NCBI RefSeq assembly: GCF_006345805.1
Contig: NW_021836152.1
Coordinates: forward strand, 124,001-188,000
From: Octopus sinensis
Lineage: Eukaryota
Length of the DNA: 64,000 bases
Direction of reading: 5' to 3'
The notes under the pieces are model-generated. The model made no database searches and was not told the origin of the DNA. It saw only the letters and a program-made list of their open reading frames with translations. Position 1 is the first letter of the stretch, and every line of letters starts with the position of its first letter. The position numbers and the translations under genes were made by a program. Below are positions 20,911 to 35,906 of the stretch, one piece after another.

Positions 20911-23733
20911 ATCACTTTCCCTGTCAGCACTACAGCATGGGACCAGAGGTAGGACTTGATTATCTGTCCATCTTGGATTCGTAAACCCTTCTCTCCCATT
21001 TGTTTCCTCATCTTTAGCTCGGATATCAGGTTCCTCCGGCGAATTCTCTCTCTTAGTGAGTATTCCTCGCGAAAACCCATATTGGGGTCCTCCCAGGCAT
21101 GCGTCTGAGCTCTGTTCAGAAAGACTGAAGCCTCCCGATCAGAAGAAAAGATTACCCTTATTGGGCGTGGTCTAGTATCTGCGGTTGGATTCGCTTGGAA
21201 TCTTCCTAGCCGAGCGACCTTAAGAACACTGACATTTTCGTTCACAGAGAACAATTTTCCAACCAAAACGGAAACAAAATTAATGTCATCTTTTAGGCGG
21301 TTTATGCCTGTATCACAGGTGGATTCAGCCTTGCCATATATTATTGCCGATCTTGAGTGGGCAAAAAGTTCTCTACTATGAGCTGCGGTATTCGATTCTT
21401 CATTGGAGGATTTCGAAAGGGTGGTTTCATAGCCATCGGACTTATGTCGGCCTGTGGGGTCGATCGGAATGGATTTAGTGGTCATAATTTTCCCGCCTGG
21501 TTTGGAACTGCACTGCCTCTTCTTCGGTTTGGGGGAGCACCACTCCCCAGATGAACCCACATCGAGATCGTTCAGAATTGGTTGAGCAATGGCATTAATG
21601 GGAAGGACAGGTGAGGGAGAATCCATACGGATTTTATCGTGATCAGGTTTCATAGCCAAATCTGCCCCTCTGGAGTTTTGACTACGTTTCTTCTTTTGGG
21701 GAGAACAACGGTCTTCAGGTGGGTTTGAGTCTACGCTCCTCGAACTAGGTTGGGGAACCTCCGGGACCGAAAAGGCAGATGAGGAAGAATCTGCACAGGA
21801 ACGATCATGTGCAGGAACGACCGCCGGTTCCTTCGCCTTCTTTGGCCGCTTCGATTTTGTTCCCTTCGGTTTGGACGTCTCCAGGGAAGAAATCAAGGGT
21901 GACCCTGCGTCAACAGGAGACCGTTTATCGTGGTCAGGTTTCATAGCTAAATCCGCCCCACTGGAGTTTTGACTACGTTTCTTCTTTTGGGGAGAACAAC
22001 GGTCTTCAGGTGGGTTTGAGTCTACGCTCCTCAAATTAGGTTGGGGAACCTCCGGGATCGAAAAGGCAGATGAGGAAGAATCCGCACGGGAACGATCATG
22101 TGCAGAAACGACCGCCGGTTCCTTCGCCTTATTTGGCCGCCTCGATTTTGTTCCCTTCGGTTTGGACGTCTCCATGGAAGAAATCAAGGGTGACTCTGCG
22201 TCAACAGGAGACTGTTTATTCAGTAAGAGAGCAACAACAGACTTTAAGTGCTCAACCTCTTGTTTGAGCAACAGCAACTGTTCGTTGAGCTGACTATTGG
22301 TAGGACCATCATCTTGATGAGAAGCCCTACTTGCAGATCTCAGTTTCGATGCGTAGGTAGCTGACATGATGGATGGTTGACTAAAAACAATCTTCTATGG
22401 GCTCTAGGAGTAGTAGTCGGGACACACAAGACAGTGGCTGGTTGTTTAAGTATGTTCTAAATGTTAAGTCAAGTGAAGTAAACAACAAAGCTTTGGTCCT
22501 AAAATAGACAACAATCCTCTTCTCAAAATATTTCACACAACTTTCTCTGTAAGAAATTAGCATTGTTTACCTTTTTGTATAGTGGTGACACAATAAATCA
22601 CACACGCGTACACATTCATAATACTTACATACATACATGCATACATACATACACACATACATACATACATACATACATACATACATACATACATACATAC
22701 ATACATACATACATACATACATCAAGCTTACCTGCATACATACGTCCATCCATCCACATATAAATGCAACAAGCTTACATGTCTACATAGATACCAGTGG
22801 TTGAGGCAGGGGTGCTGCCCTAGTTGCCCGGGTAACACCCTTTCTGGCACATCCGACCCAAAAAAATTGCCGGGACCAAGATTTTTCAGAGCATAACTGT
22901 TTTATATGTTTCTGGTCTGCTACAACATAGAATACATGAAAATGTGTCCATTTCTTACAAATTGCGATTCCCGACTAACATAGTAATTTTTTGGAAACAA
23001 AAAAGATCTTGGGTCCCCACTGCATACACACAGACGCATTCAAACAATCTTAAGCAAACACATATATGCATATTTATATATCGTTTTAGAAGCTTCGAAG
23101 AAACTATAAGCTTATTCCCAAGCACCCATCTCTGCATGCACTGTAACTACTAGAAACTGCAGTGAGCTTATTAAAATGAAATACGTAATTCATGTCCTCT
23201 AAAAACACACACATACACCCAAACAGAAAGGCACACAATGACACATAGACAAAGACACACATGTTATGGTTGCAACTTGATTCCGAAATATGCCACATTT
23301 GTTTACTCAACGAAGCAGGGACGTGTATCTTTTAGTCCTGTTAGGGATCTAAACACTTTTGCGCAATCAAAGACATACTAACGAAGGAGACTTCCTGCTG
23401 CAGTTTTTGAGAGACTTACCATCCTCCCTGACTCATACCTTTGTTCTCTCATGAAATTTTCAACTTTGTGTTTTGCCGATCGCAGGCTATGTGCCTTGTC
23501 GTTCGAAGGCTGTGCGTTTTGGCTGCGTCTGAGGAAAAATAGAAGGAGAGAACCTTTGCACATGGCAATTCCGACTCCCTCCCCAAACAGCCAATACATT
23601 CCTGCCAAACAAACAACTATTCTACATCATAAGTATTACAAAAGAGAGATGTCACAACAAAAGCAGTTATATCGCACTCCCAGCCATTGGAGGGCTGTTG
23701 ATTCTCCTGTGATCACCCGGCCTTTGAAATAGT
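19177..23733 (-). repeat. Arm A' of the inverted duplication (mirror of 1-4583)
   Basis: See arm A. Confidence 0.97.
20907..22367 (-). CDS. CR1 ORF1 protein, 486 aa (7 aa differences from copy 1)
   Basis: Comparison of the two translations in the ORF track. Confidence 0.88.
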   Translation of the reverse strand: MSATYASKLRSASRASHQDDGPTNSQLNEQLLLLKQEVEHLKSVVALLLNKQSPVDAESPLISSMETSKPKGTKSRRPNKAKEPAVVSAHDRSRADSSSSAFSIPEVPQPNLRSVDSNPPEDRCSPQKKKRSQNSSGADLAMKPDHDKRSPVDAGSPLISSLETSKPKGTKSKRPKKAKEPAVVPAHDRSCADSSSSAFSVPEVPQPSSRSVDSNPPEDRCSPQKKKRSQNSRGADLAMKPDHDKIRMDSPSPVLPINAIAQPILNDLDVGSSGEWCSPKPKKRQCSSKPGGKIMTTKSIPIDPTGRHKSDGYETTLSKSSNEESNTAAHSRELFAHSRSAIIYGKAESTCDTGINRLKDDINFVSVLVGKLFSVNENVSVLKVARLGRFQANPTADTRPRPIRVIFSSDREASVFLNRAQTHAWEDPNMGFREEYSLRERIRRRNLISELKMRKQMGEKGLRIQDGQIIKSYLWSHAVVLTGKVM

Positions 23734-23794
23734 TTGCATTTCGACCTGCAGGGAGTTAAACGAAGGGTGTCCACCTTACCAAGTACATACATAA

Positions 23795-23857
<63 letters not shown>

Positions 23858-24045
23858 CATACATACATACATACATACATACATACATACATACATACAT
23901 ACATACATACATACATACATACATACATACATACATACATACATACATACATGCATACATATCTTATATAAAATTTCTGAGAGACATATAAACAGTAGCA
24001 GTACGGAATTGTAAACTATATTTGCCAACTGAATGTTGCGTGCTA

Positions 24046-24537
24046 TACAGGACAGTGCTACTGTTCTTTATAGCCCCAGGAAGACATCTCCTTCAGCTGA
24101 ATAACGACACACATTATGTGCCCGATTAGAATTTGCGAAGGAGGCCATCACTACCATCTGAAGCCAAATCACTATATACTTTTCTAGCAACTCACTGTCG
24201 CTGATCTCGTAAAAGAGAGAGATATGTTATATTAAATCTGTATATGTTATATTAAATTTAAAATAACATATCTCTCTCTTTTACGAGATTAGCGACTGTG
24301 AGTCGCTAGAAAGGTATATAATAATTTGCGAGTGGAATGAACTTTCATCACTTGCTAGTGATTAACACATGCTCGGTGGGAGGGGAGGTAATCACCCAGA
24401 AACTTGCATCCGTGTGTATGACGTATGGTTAGACATGGGAGCGATGAACCCCCTTGCAAATACTAATCGGACACAGACTGTGTGTCATTAGCCAACTGGA
24501 GCAGATGTCTTCCAGGTGCTATAAGCACTGTCCTGTA
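24046..24537. mobile_element. Tc1/mariner-type MITE with TA target duplication
   Basis: TATACAGGACAGTGCT (24044-59) is the perfect RC of 24524-39. Imperfect TIRs extend about 85 bp. Confidence 0.75.
24173..24320. repeat. Nested foldback: about 58-bp inverted arms around a duplicated 16-mer
   Basis: 24173-24230 is the RC of 24263-24320 with few mismatches; ATATGTTATATTAAAT occurs twice. Confidence 0.85.
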
Positions 24538-24899
24538 TATATGTGTATATATATGTATACAAACACGCACAAACACATATACATATGTAATTTGTATATG
24601 TAGAGGAATAGCTGCATAGAAAGGGTCACGTAAGTTAGGGACGGGCTTGGAAAGATTGGCAAAAGGGGACCACAAAAAGCAACACCAAGTTGCAAGAAAA
24701 TAAACAACGCAACATTTATATCAAAGAAAGGAAGATGAGCAGAGTAAGAAGTTTATCATTGTTTTAAGACATCAGAAGTGTGGCATATTCTGAATAGCAA
24801 GATTGTTTGGGAGAGAAATGAAAGACATTATTGATGAAGATTCTGTACGGAATAATAATCATACTCTTGTTATTCATGAAATGTAAAGAAAGAAAAGCA

Positions 24900-25400
24900 G
24901 ACGTGTTATAATGAGAATTTGTTGGATGAAAAGAATAGAAGGGGGATAAAGAGTGGAGAATGCGATTAAAGATATGAAGGTAGGGAAGGTATCTGATACG
25001 AAATACTCATGAGAGTGGGATGCGGGTTAGTCAGCCCCTAAGTAATTCAACTTGAATAGGAGATTCTTATACCCAGTGACTGATGTGGTAATACCATTTT
25101 CAACTGCTATAAAAGGCAAAGGTAATGTATTAAAGTAAGAATGCTTGAGGTGTTAAACTGTTGGGGCCAGTTATGAAGGTTACAAAAAGAATTACATCTC
25201 ATTTGCTTAGAAAAAGAAAATTAATGTAGACGTGATTTTTGTTTTTATGGTGAGAATAAATACAACTGATGCTGTCTTCTCAGTGAGACAAGAGCAGAAA
25301 TATTCTGCCCTATTCCTTGTTTATTTAGAGAAGATACATGTTGTTTCTCAGCTCTGTGATCCGTCTGGTTCAAGAATAAGGGTCACAAGAACTAGAGAGT
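24900..25400 (+). pseudogene. Decayed RTE-clade LINE RT fragment
   Basis: GVKLLGPVMKVTKRI (25149) and TTDAVFSVRQEQK (25262) resemble the RTE motifs YRGIKLL..MKV.ER and TTDAIF..RQ. Confidence 0.55.
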
Positions 25401-25881
25401 GACAGGAATACTAGCCTCACTCGAACCCGTACATACATTACATCACAGCTAGAAAGCTATGTATTTGAAATCCTACAAAAAGAGATACATCATTCCTCCT
25501 TTTCTCCCCAATATTCTAAGTCTCTGTCATAACACTACGCTCTGGGTCACACTCACCTAGGAGACATGTGTATGTGTGCCTGAGGGTACATATGTATATC
25601 TTTGTGTGATCTACTGAATTCAAAGTTTCTAACACAAACCAGAAAACTGGTTGTATACATACATACATACACATAGTCATATATGTATACATATGTACGT
25701 GTGTATATATATATATGTGTGTGTGTGTATGGGTTCGTGTATGTGTGTGTGTTTGTGTATGTGCGTGTGTATTGTATGTATGCATATACAAAAATTCATT
25801 GCATACGTATATATTTATTTATATATTTATATATATATGCATACATACATATATAATACACACAAACACACACACACACAC

Positions 25882-25963
<82 letters not shown>

Positions 25964-26139
25964 ATGTAAGTTTACGTATAATATAGCAAATAGCAAAACA
26001 GTAAAAAAAAAAGGGTATCGGGTCATATTATTACATGAGAGGCCAACATGGGGTGGGTTTAAGTGCCTTCGAAACAAAACTGGATATCCTCCTGTCAAAA
26101 TACCAGGTCCTTGCCACTGAAGTACAGACGCTTGGGAGA

Positions 26140-26498
26140 GGGCAGATATAGATAGGTAGCTCGACCCCAGTACGCAACTGGTGCTTAATATATCGACCCT
26201 GAAAGGATGAAAGGCAAAGTCAACCTCGGCGTAATTTGAACTCAGAACGCAAAGACATAAGAAATACCTTTTTCTTTACTACCCACACGGGGCTAAACAC
26301 AGTGGAGACAAACATGGACAGAGAGAAGGATCAAATCGATTACATCGACCCCAGTGCGCAACTTGTACTTATATAAACTACCTCGAAAGGGTTAAAGCAA
26401 AGTCGTCCTCGGCGAAATTTGAACTCAGAACGCAAAGACAGACGAAATAACGCTAAGCATTTAGCACGGCGTGTTAACGTTTCTGCCAGCACACCGCC
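26140..26498 (-). mobile_element. tRNA-derived SINE with internal duplication
   Basis: Head GGCGGTGTGCTGGCAGAA..GAGTTCAAAT. The GACCCCAGT.CGCAACT..GAACTCAGAACGCAAAGAC unit occurs twice. Confidence 0.7.
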
Positions 26499-26829
26499 TT
26501 TGGAGCTTCAATAAATTAAATGACAAATGTGTTCATCTTAATGAGATATCTGTGCGTCATTGGAATGTAGTGATAGACAGTTGTACAACACGAGTACTAC
26601 TCTGAGTCTCTGTGACTAGAACCTAGTGGCAGACCGAATGTAGATGAACAATGATTATGTGAAATAGCAGGTTTTACATCAGAACGCACTTCTCCTAAAA
26701 GGTACTGTAACAACAGCGAGCGTTGCGTCCTTGAGCAAGACACTTTATTTCACGTTGCTTCAGTCCATTAAAATGGCAAACATACATACATACATACACA
26801 CATACATACATACATACATATATACATAT

Positions 26830-26882
<53 letters not shown>

Positions 26883-27141
26883 AGTTCTGGTCAAACCAGG
26901 GAGTTCTGAGCTGATGATAGAAATGTCGACTTTGACTAATCTTGAAACGTACTTTCTCAAATAACCTTTGCACTTGATTTTTTAATGTCTCTACCCTCAT
27001 ATTTGCGTGAGTTGAATTGAGCAAACACTATATGAGAGAGGTTTTCTTTAAGTATTAGAAATAGTTTTAAAAAAGTTTTTTTAGCTGCTATTTCTAATGA
27101 GTTCAGTATGCGGCAAAGTAATTTATTTTACTAAGCCCTTT

Positions 27142-27206
<65 letters not shown>

Positions 27207-27950
27207 AAGACATACATATATGTATCTGAATATAATACATGCATACATACTAAGAGCCAACGTTACGGCAGAAAACGTCGCCACTGATAAGAGGAAGAAT
27301 TAGTTGTGGAATGTCCCAGTGATAATAATTGTGGTCATCAGATGACCATCGGGTGTTAACATAAACCTTAAGATCAGCGAAAAACAAAATACCTTCACTG
27401 AACATTTAAGAAACCTAGTCATGCATACGTATATAATACATACATATATAATACACACACGTACATACATATATATGATCTAAGTTTACGTACAATATAT
27501 CAAAGAACGAGACAGACATAGAACAGGTATCGGCTCAAATTACTACAAAGGACTACAAAGTACCACAAAGGACTGAAAGACCAATTTGGGTTGCGTTTAG
27601 GTGGATTTGAAACAAAACTAGATCTCTTATCCATGTACAAGGATGTAGCGATTGTTACAGAGGTTAGCGAAAGGACAGGGATAAACAGATAGTTAGTTAG
27701 TTAGTTAAGTTAGTTAGTTAGTTTAGCTAGTCAGTTAGATAGATAGATAGACATATACACACACACACACATACAAAAAGACGCGAGCCCGCGCGCAAGC
27801 ATAAGTATATATTGACGAATACAACAGCCTTCTTGTGATATTGCCAGGGTAACATAAATATACGTATCTATCTATCTCTCCTCTCTCTCTCAAATTATAT
27901 ATGTATATATATATATAATGTATGTATATATGTATGACTCTATGTATATA

Positions 27951-28032
<82 letters not shown>

Positions 28033-28474
28033 ATAATAAATATTTAGGGAATAAATCCAAATTTACAGGGAAAAAATCAGATTTAGGATTACATCCAATT
28101 TTATAGTAAAATATTATATAATATTATTAGAGACAAAACCACTATTTTGCAAAACAAACAAGGAAAGACTTAATCAATACATAAAATTTTAATAAAAAGT
28201 CAAAAATATATATAATGTATGTATATATGTATGTATATATATATTATGTTTAAATATTTGTTGTGCAAGAATTTTTATGTGAAGTCGTGTGTTGAAACAG
28301 ATATTGTTATATTTCGGAATGGTCATATTGCCAGTTTAGCCAATAAAAACACACGCACTATATATTTGGTGTTATTTTGTTCATGTGTTTACATCCACTT
28401 ATTATTATCATTACGTATGCTTGTATGTATGTATGTATAACAACAATACTAGTAATAATAATTATAAATCGAAT

Positions 28475-28519
<45 letters not shown>

Positions 28520-28522
<3 letters not shown>

Positions 28523-30353
28523 TAACGACTCGAATAAGATCTTCGTTAATTCTGACAAGACAAGGAACTTATATGCACTTGATAAGGACGTTTATAAGCG
28601 CCTGATTTCGAATAGTGTCACGGACACATACAAAAAAGACAACACGAATATTTACAAAGAGGTGAACTTAGAAGCAAGAGGAATAGCTAACGATCTTAAG
28701 ATTAGCGATAGGATTGAATATCTTTCACCACGACCAGCTTTTATTACTTTGAAAGACCATAAAGCTAATTTTAGTAGAAACCCCAAATGTAGATTGATAA
28801 ATCCGGCTAAAACTGAGATAGGAATTATTAGCAAAAATATTTTGGACCGTATTTTAGTTAAGTTAGATAGTGAAGTAGACTTGAGAATTTGGAAGAATAG
28901 TAAGTCAGTTATAGAGTGGTTTAAAGGTATTAGCTATAAGAATAATTGTAGTTTCACGCAATTCGACATTATTGACTTTTACCCGTCAATATCTAGGACG
29001 TTGCTCCTAAGGGCATTGGACTTCGCCAAGCAGTATGTCAACATCGATAGCTTGGAAATTGATATTATTATGCATGCGAGGAAATCGCTTCTTTTTTTCG
29101 AGGATTCCACCTGGATTAAGAAGACTGAGGATTCTCTTTTCGATGTACCGATGGGGGAATACGACGGGGCTGAGTTATGTATGCTCATAGGAGCCTTTAT
29201 TCTCCATAATCTAAAAATAGAATTCCCATTTATAGATGCAGGTTTATATAGGGATGACGGCCTTATAGCCACGCATAATCTAAACGGCCATGAATCAGAT
29301 AGACTTAGGAAGGACCTCATAGCTTTCTTTCAAAGGATGGGCTTACGGGTTACGATAGATGCTAACCTGAATAGTGTAGATTTTTTAGACGTAAATTTTA
29401 ATGTAAGATCGGATAGATTTAAACCTTTCCGTAAGCCCAATGAAAAGCTATCGTATATTAGCAAAGATTCGAACCATCCACTAGTTATCCTTAGGAACTT
29501 AGTCAGCAATGTAGGTAGAAGAATATCTTCAATTTCTTCGGACGAGGCAGCATTCCATAATGCTGCACCTTATTACGATAGCGCATTAGAGAATAGTGGT
29601 TTCTCTGAGAAGATCCAGTTCAACCAGCTTAATGCTGATAATAATGCTGCACGAAGAACTAGGACCAGGAAAGTTTTGTGGTTCAACCCGGCTTTCAATT
29701 TGGCCGTAAAGACTAATATAGGTAAGGAATTTTTGAGATTAGTCTCTAAGCATTTTAAGCAGGGTCATAAATTCTATAGGATATTTAACAGAAGAACCCT
29801 GAAGGTTAGCTATTCTTGTTGCAGAAATTTCGCCTCTTACATTAGCCAACATAATAGGAAGCTAATTGAGATTAGACATGGTGCCGAGACCATTAAGAAA
29901 TGTAATTGCAAAAACGAAAGCTCCTGTCCGTTAGAAGGGAAATGTCTGGTGAAAGGAGTAGTTTATAGAGCCAAGGTGCAAGTGGAAGGCTCATCGGAAT
30001 ACAAGACATACACAGGGGCTTCAGAAAATTCATTTAAAACAAGATTTTATTCTCATAGAAATTCATTTAAATACCCAGAGAATAGGAAGAAAACCAGCCT
30101 AGCAAAATATGTCTGGGAACTAAAAGAAAAGGAAGCCCCACCTTTCAACGTGACATGGAGCATTCTGGACAGGGCGGCACCATACAGGCATGGAGCATAC
30201 AAAAATAATTTCAAGTGCAAGCTTTGTCTATTAGAAAAAATGTACATCTTATTCAAAGACAATAATTCTTTGAATCAAAGAAGTGAGCTAATGAACTTAT
30301 GTAGGCACGCGGCTAAATTTAAAATGTCGAATATAAATATACCATATGGATAG
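28520..30353 (+). CDS. Penelope-like element 2: RT + GIY-YIG, 5'-truncated by (TA)n
   Basis: AFITLKDHK, RLINPAK, FDIIDFYPSI, LYRDDG, FLDV, CNC..CPL.G.C, VVY..TYTG, CKLCLLEK. The ORF's N-terminal about 50 aa are microsatellite read-through. Confidence 0.9.
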
Positions 30354-31432
30354 AGTATATATTTTGTATTTTTGATTTTGATTTTGACTCTTGAACGATG
30401 AGCGCTACGATGGATTTTGTTTCCAAGCTATGCGGATCTTAATCCGTATAGCAAAGTCTTATGTTTCTACATATATATTAGGAAAAACCTCCAACTTTGT
30501 TTTCATGTTATTGTATTGTATAGGATTACCTTGATTATTTATATTACCTTGATTATTTATAAATGACCCAAAAAAGGATGTTATATTTTATTTTATATGT
30601 TTTTCGTATATATTTTTATTAATGCACCCATTTTTTTTTAAAAAAGCAATGTTTTTTTTTAAAAAAAGCAATGTTGTCAAAATTAGAATGTTGATATAAG
30701 TATGTGTATAGCAAAGCATATGTATTTGTAAGCATGCGTATCTGTGTATGTGTAAGTGAAAGTATGTTTGTGCTTAAGCACACATATACACGACTGTATG
30801 TATATGTATCCATTCAAACTTGTGTATGTATACTTGTCTCCATATATGCCATAATGCCGTTACACTGCTTGTATACATAATTTTTTCTTATTTCGTTTTT
30901 TTCCCCACACCTCCTTCGTTCCTTTTTCTCTCTCTCCCTTTCTTTCGTTCCCCCCCTTACTCAGTATATGAGAATCGCTACATAGATCATTTTTAACTTG
31001 CGTGCGAGATGGTTTTGCGTGAATATATGTACACATGCTTTTATGTGTATATTTAGATTTATATTCATACGTCTGTATATGTATGGCGTTTGCGCGCATA
31101 ATTTTGTGTATGTTGATATATATATGTAGATTTTAATATAAATATGTATTGCAGTGTAATATTTATAACAGGTTTAATTTCTATGCATTAATTTGCACTT
31201 TCTTCATTAACGTCAATATGTATTTTATTCAATGTAAGGTTTTTTCCTCGGATTTTATAATTTTTATAAGTTTTTTTTATATATATACATATATTTTTGA
31301 CCTTTTGTTTATCGCTCGAAGATTGACCGTTTTTTTCTAAAGGGCCAATCAAACAAGTCCATTTCTTTTTAAAGATGTAGCGTTTGTAAGAGTATAGATT
31401 GAATTGATATATCGGTTCCATTCTAGCAAAAA

Positions 31433-31470
31433 CTGTCTGATGAACGGCAACGAGAAACTCAGAGTAACAG
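31433..31470 (+). ncRNA. Type I hammerhead ribozyme motif, canonical CUGAUGA core
   Basis: CUGU-CUGAUGA-ACG(GCAA)CGA-GAAA-CUC(A)GAG-UA-ACAG, about 1.1 kb downstream of Penelope 2 in sense orientation. Confidence 0.75.
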
Positions 31471-31499
31471 ATTTTGTTGAATTTTCTGCTGCTTAAAAT

Positions 31500-31682
<183 letters not shown>

Positions 31683-32099
31683 ATGTATGTATGTATAGTT
31701 ATTTATTTCTATTTGTTTTTTATCTGTGTATTTATTATGTTTTCGGAATCCTCTATCGTGATATGTTTGGGTGTGTGTTAGTGCTCCATTCTAGTTTTCT
31801 ATTCAGGCTAGGTTTATTTTCTATTATGTTTGTAGCTTCTGTAATTGGTTTAATTGTTGTATCTGTTCTATGTGTGGACAATATTTTAATTTCTATGTTA
31901 TTGATTGATCCCCCGTGTTCCTGTTCGGCGTGTTGGTACAGAATCGATGAGCTTTTACCTTCCTTGAGTTGTCTCCAATGGCCATTTACCCGCTCTCCTA
32001 TGCTTCTTGCCGTTTCCCTTACTATGTCGTTGTCTTGTTACTGCATCGTCCCTCTATACATCTTATACTATAGACTACATTTCTGGCTTTACAGTTTGT

Positions 32100-33660
32100 T
32101 TTTGGGCTAAATCTACATACAGTACAGTTTGTCTAGGGTCCTTCTAAAGCGGTACGCCAGTTCACCTCCAGGGGTGGTGTCAACGAACATGACACTCTGG
32201 TATTTATGGCTATCATATCAAGAGTTGGCCTTCTCTATTTTCTTTTTTGTCCTTTCTATAGTGTTCCATGGCTTGTTTCTATAGAGTGGGCAAGTCCCAT
32301 TCCTATCATTACATAATATATTATCAAATTTCTTCATGGCTCCTTTGTATACTCTGATCCTTTCTTTATGGCTGCAACCTGAGAACTGCATGCGGTGAAT
32401 GAAATATTGTATGTGTCTCTTTAACTCTGTGGTCTCGCACATGCGTGACACATTTCTCATTATTCTGACGAGGTCTGCCATCAAAATATTAAATTTGGCA
32501 TTGTCCGCAATGGCTGAGTTCCGGTGGATCAAGTATTTTGAGGCCATAGGTTTGGCATAGTATGAATGAAGGATTTGGGTTTATTAGTCACAATTTTAGC
32601 CAGAGTTCAGTGTCTATTACTGGTAGTCTATGGTTGGGGTGTTTATTGGGGTAGTCTATTGTGACCTTAATACTCTGGTGGATGGAGTTAGCTATTTGCT
32701 GGATGATCTCCATAGTATTAGTTTCTAATACTATATCAACATTACTTTCTTGTGGGGGTGCCCTTGCCACTATGTTGATATCATCAACATAGCGAGAGTA
32801 CACGTTTACGAGTATGGAGTTCTGTGTTGGGCGTTCTTTAAGCCTTCTGTCTCACTATACCATGAAAAGGTTAGCCACATCACCAGCGATACTAACGCCG
32901 ATGGCTGCCCCCTCGACCTGGGCATATATTTTATTATTAAACTGAAACGTGTGGCCTTTTAGGGTAACTCTTATACTAGCTCCTGGTGCATGTGCGATCA
33001 TTTTCTTTACCTGATGGACATTTGCGGGGCTCCGTATGGCTCTGGTCCATCCGCGCCATCTTTCTATACGTGTCTTCCTAGCCATAGAAGTAATTGTGGG
33101 CGGTCTACCTCTTAAACATCTACTGGGGCAGAAACTACTAAGATTATGTTTATCTAAGTATTCATTATTACATGTCAGTCTAAGTAGGAGGCCCAGTTCT
33201 TCTGTGTTGACATTACGGAACTCCACCTGGCTCTCGTTGACATCTCCACGCACTTCTCTACCGAAAAATCTACGTCGATCGATGAGTATAGGGATACCAC
33301 ATCCGTGCTACCCACCATACATCCTGTCAGGTCACAAGTGTTGTTACAGTCGTTGATCCTGCTGAGGAGATCTGCTGTGCTGTCACAAACATCAGGTGAC
33401 ATCCGGATTATAGGGCGTATGATCATTGAGAGGAAGTAGGAGATTCTGTAATTGCTAGCGATATTCGCTCCACAGACTGGTCTTGTTGGTGGTCCTGCTA
33501 TAGGGTCAGTAATTACTTTATGGTCCTTGCGAAGTCCATACAGTGCCGGGATATCATTGTTCCAGGCTTTGAAATTATTTGCTGTACGTTTCTGGGGTCC
33601 CAGAACAATTGTCCACATCATCATGTGGGAGTTGAGGAACTTTTCTCTCTCCTCATGCGC
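32100..33660 (-). pseudogene. Penelope-like element 3, decayed RT
   Basis: LYGLRKDHK, DVVSLY.SI, Q..G.AIG, YSRYVDD, LPVIDT, HFLIH..SA, with stops and frameshifts. Confidence 0.8.
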
Positions 33661-34071
33661 CTGTACAGTTGTTATTCTTGTATTGGCGATATGAGGTTGT
33701 ATTTATATACATGAACGTATATAAACAGAAGACACAAATATTACAGGCATCCCCGCACATACACACATTAAATAAACATAGACGCACATAGAGATATAAG
33801 CATACGCAAATGACAACATACAATACAAATACAAAATGGCTGACGGTTAGTAAGGAGAGACACAAATAAGAAAGAAGAAAACAAAGGACCACTGATGCAG
33901 TCACAGGAATGTGACGAAAGAACTCTGGCCGAAATAAGATTAAGATTAATGTAAAAAATAAATAACACTGAAGAAAATAACACCACATATATAGTGCGTG
34001 TGTTTTTATTGGCTAAACTGGCAATATGACCATTCCGAAATATAACAATATATATATATATATCTATATAT

Positions 34072-35157
<1,086 letters not shown>

Positions 35158-35266
35158 ATATTATGTGTACCGCAAACACTACTCTTTCTGTCGAGGGCAT
35201 ATATTTATAGGGATTATTTATAATTGACAAAACACGGTGAGCTTTCATAAACTTTAAACTTATGAA

Positions 35267-35336
<70 letters not shown>

Positions 35337-35339
35337 TGT

Positions 35340-35779
35340 ATATGCATATACATACACATAAGATGATTGCTCCATCTTGGCAGATGGTTTCCGTTTTCTT
35401 TTGCTTCCTGTTTGTCAAAGACATTTCTGTGTTTCCATTCATGACCTCTCAGTTGAAATTTAGTCTCTCTGCCGATGTGCCTTCTTTGAAGAGTAGGTGA
35501 GAGACGAAAGTTGTTGTAGCCTACCGTGCGCGTCCATTCTTCCACCACCGTAGGAACTTCAGCAGATGAAATGCCGAATGTGGTCATCTTAAAGACATAA
35601 CTGTGCATCATTTGATTATAGTGAGAGGCACCTATAGAATACCAGTACTACTCTGAGTCTCTGTGACTAGAACCTAGTGGCAGACCGAACAGAGAGGACT
35701 TTTAATCAGGTCAAACAGCAGGTTTTCCATCAGTAGGCACCTCTGATGCAACCAAGGGATCTAGATATATGGTCATACA

Positions 35780-35812
<33 letters not shown>

Positions 35813-35857
35813 TTATACATGTATATATATATATGTGTGTGTGCGTGTCTGCATATA

Positions 35858-35906
<49 letters not shown>

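Larger units (their letters stand above)
18338..22560 (-). mobile_element. CR1-group LINE copy 2 (ORF1 plus most of ORF2, 3'-truncated)
   Basis: Two ORFs. TAC>TAG at 18343-45 and homology to the 14-kb copy lost at 18338. Confidence 0.92.

Noticed and set aside
26593-26638. 46-bp match to 35644-35689 and 44327-44372
   Set aside because: Most likely the end of a dispersed repeat; too short to add to the rearrangement model.
30390-30470. Hairpin CTATGCGGAT/ATCCGTATAG after Penelope 2 as a ribozyme
   Set aside because: A hairpin is present but the hammerhead core elements cannot be assembled.
33995-34052. GAAA-UA-UA hammerhead-like end in the shared pre-Penelope motif (minus reading of 9541/28305)
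   Set aside because: No recognisable CUGANGA-like core.
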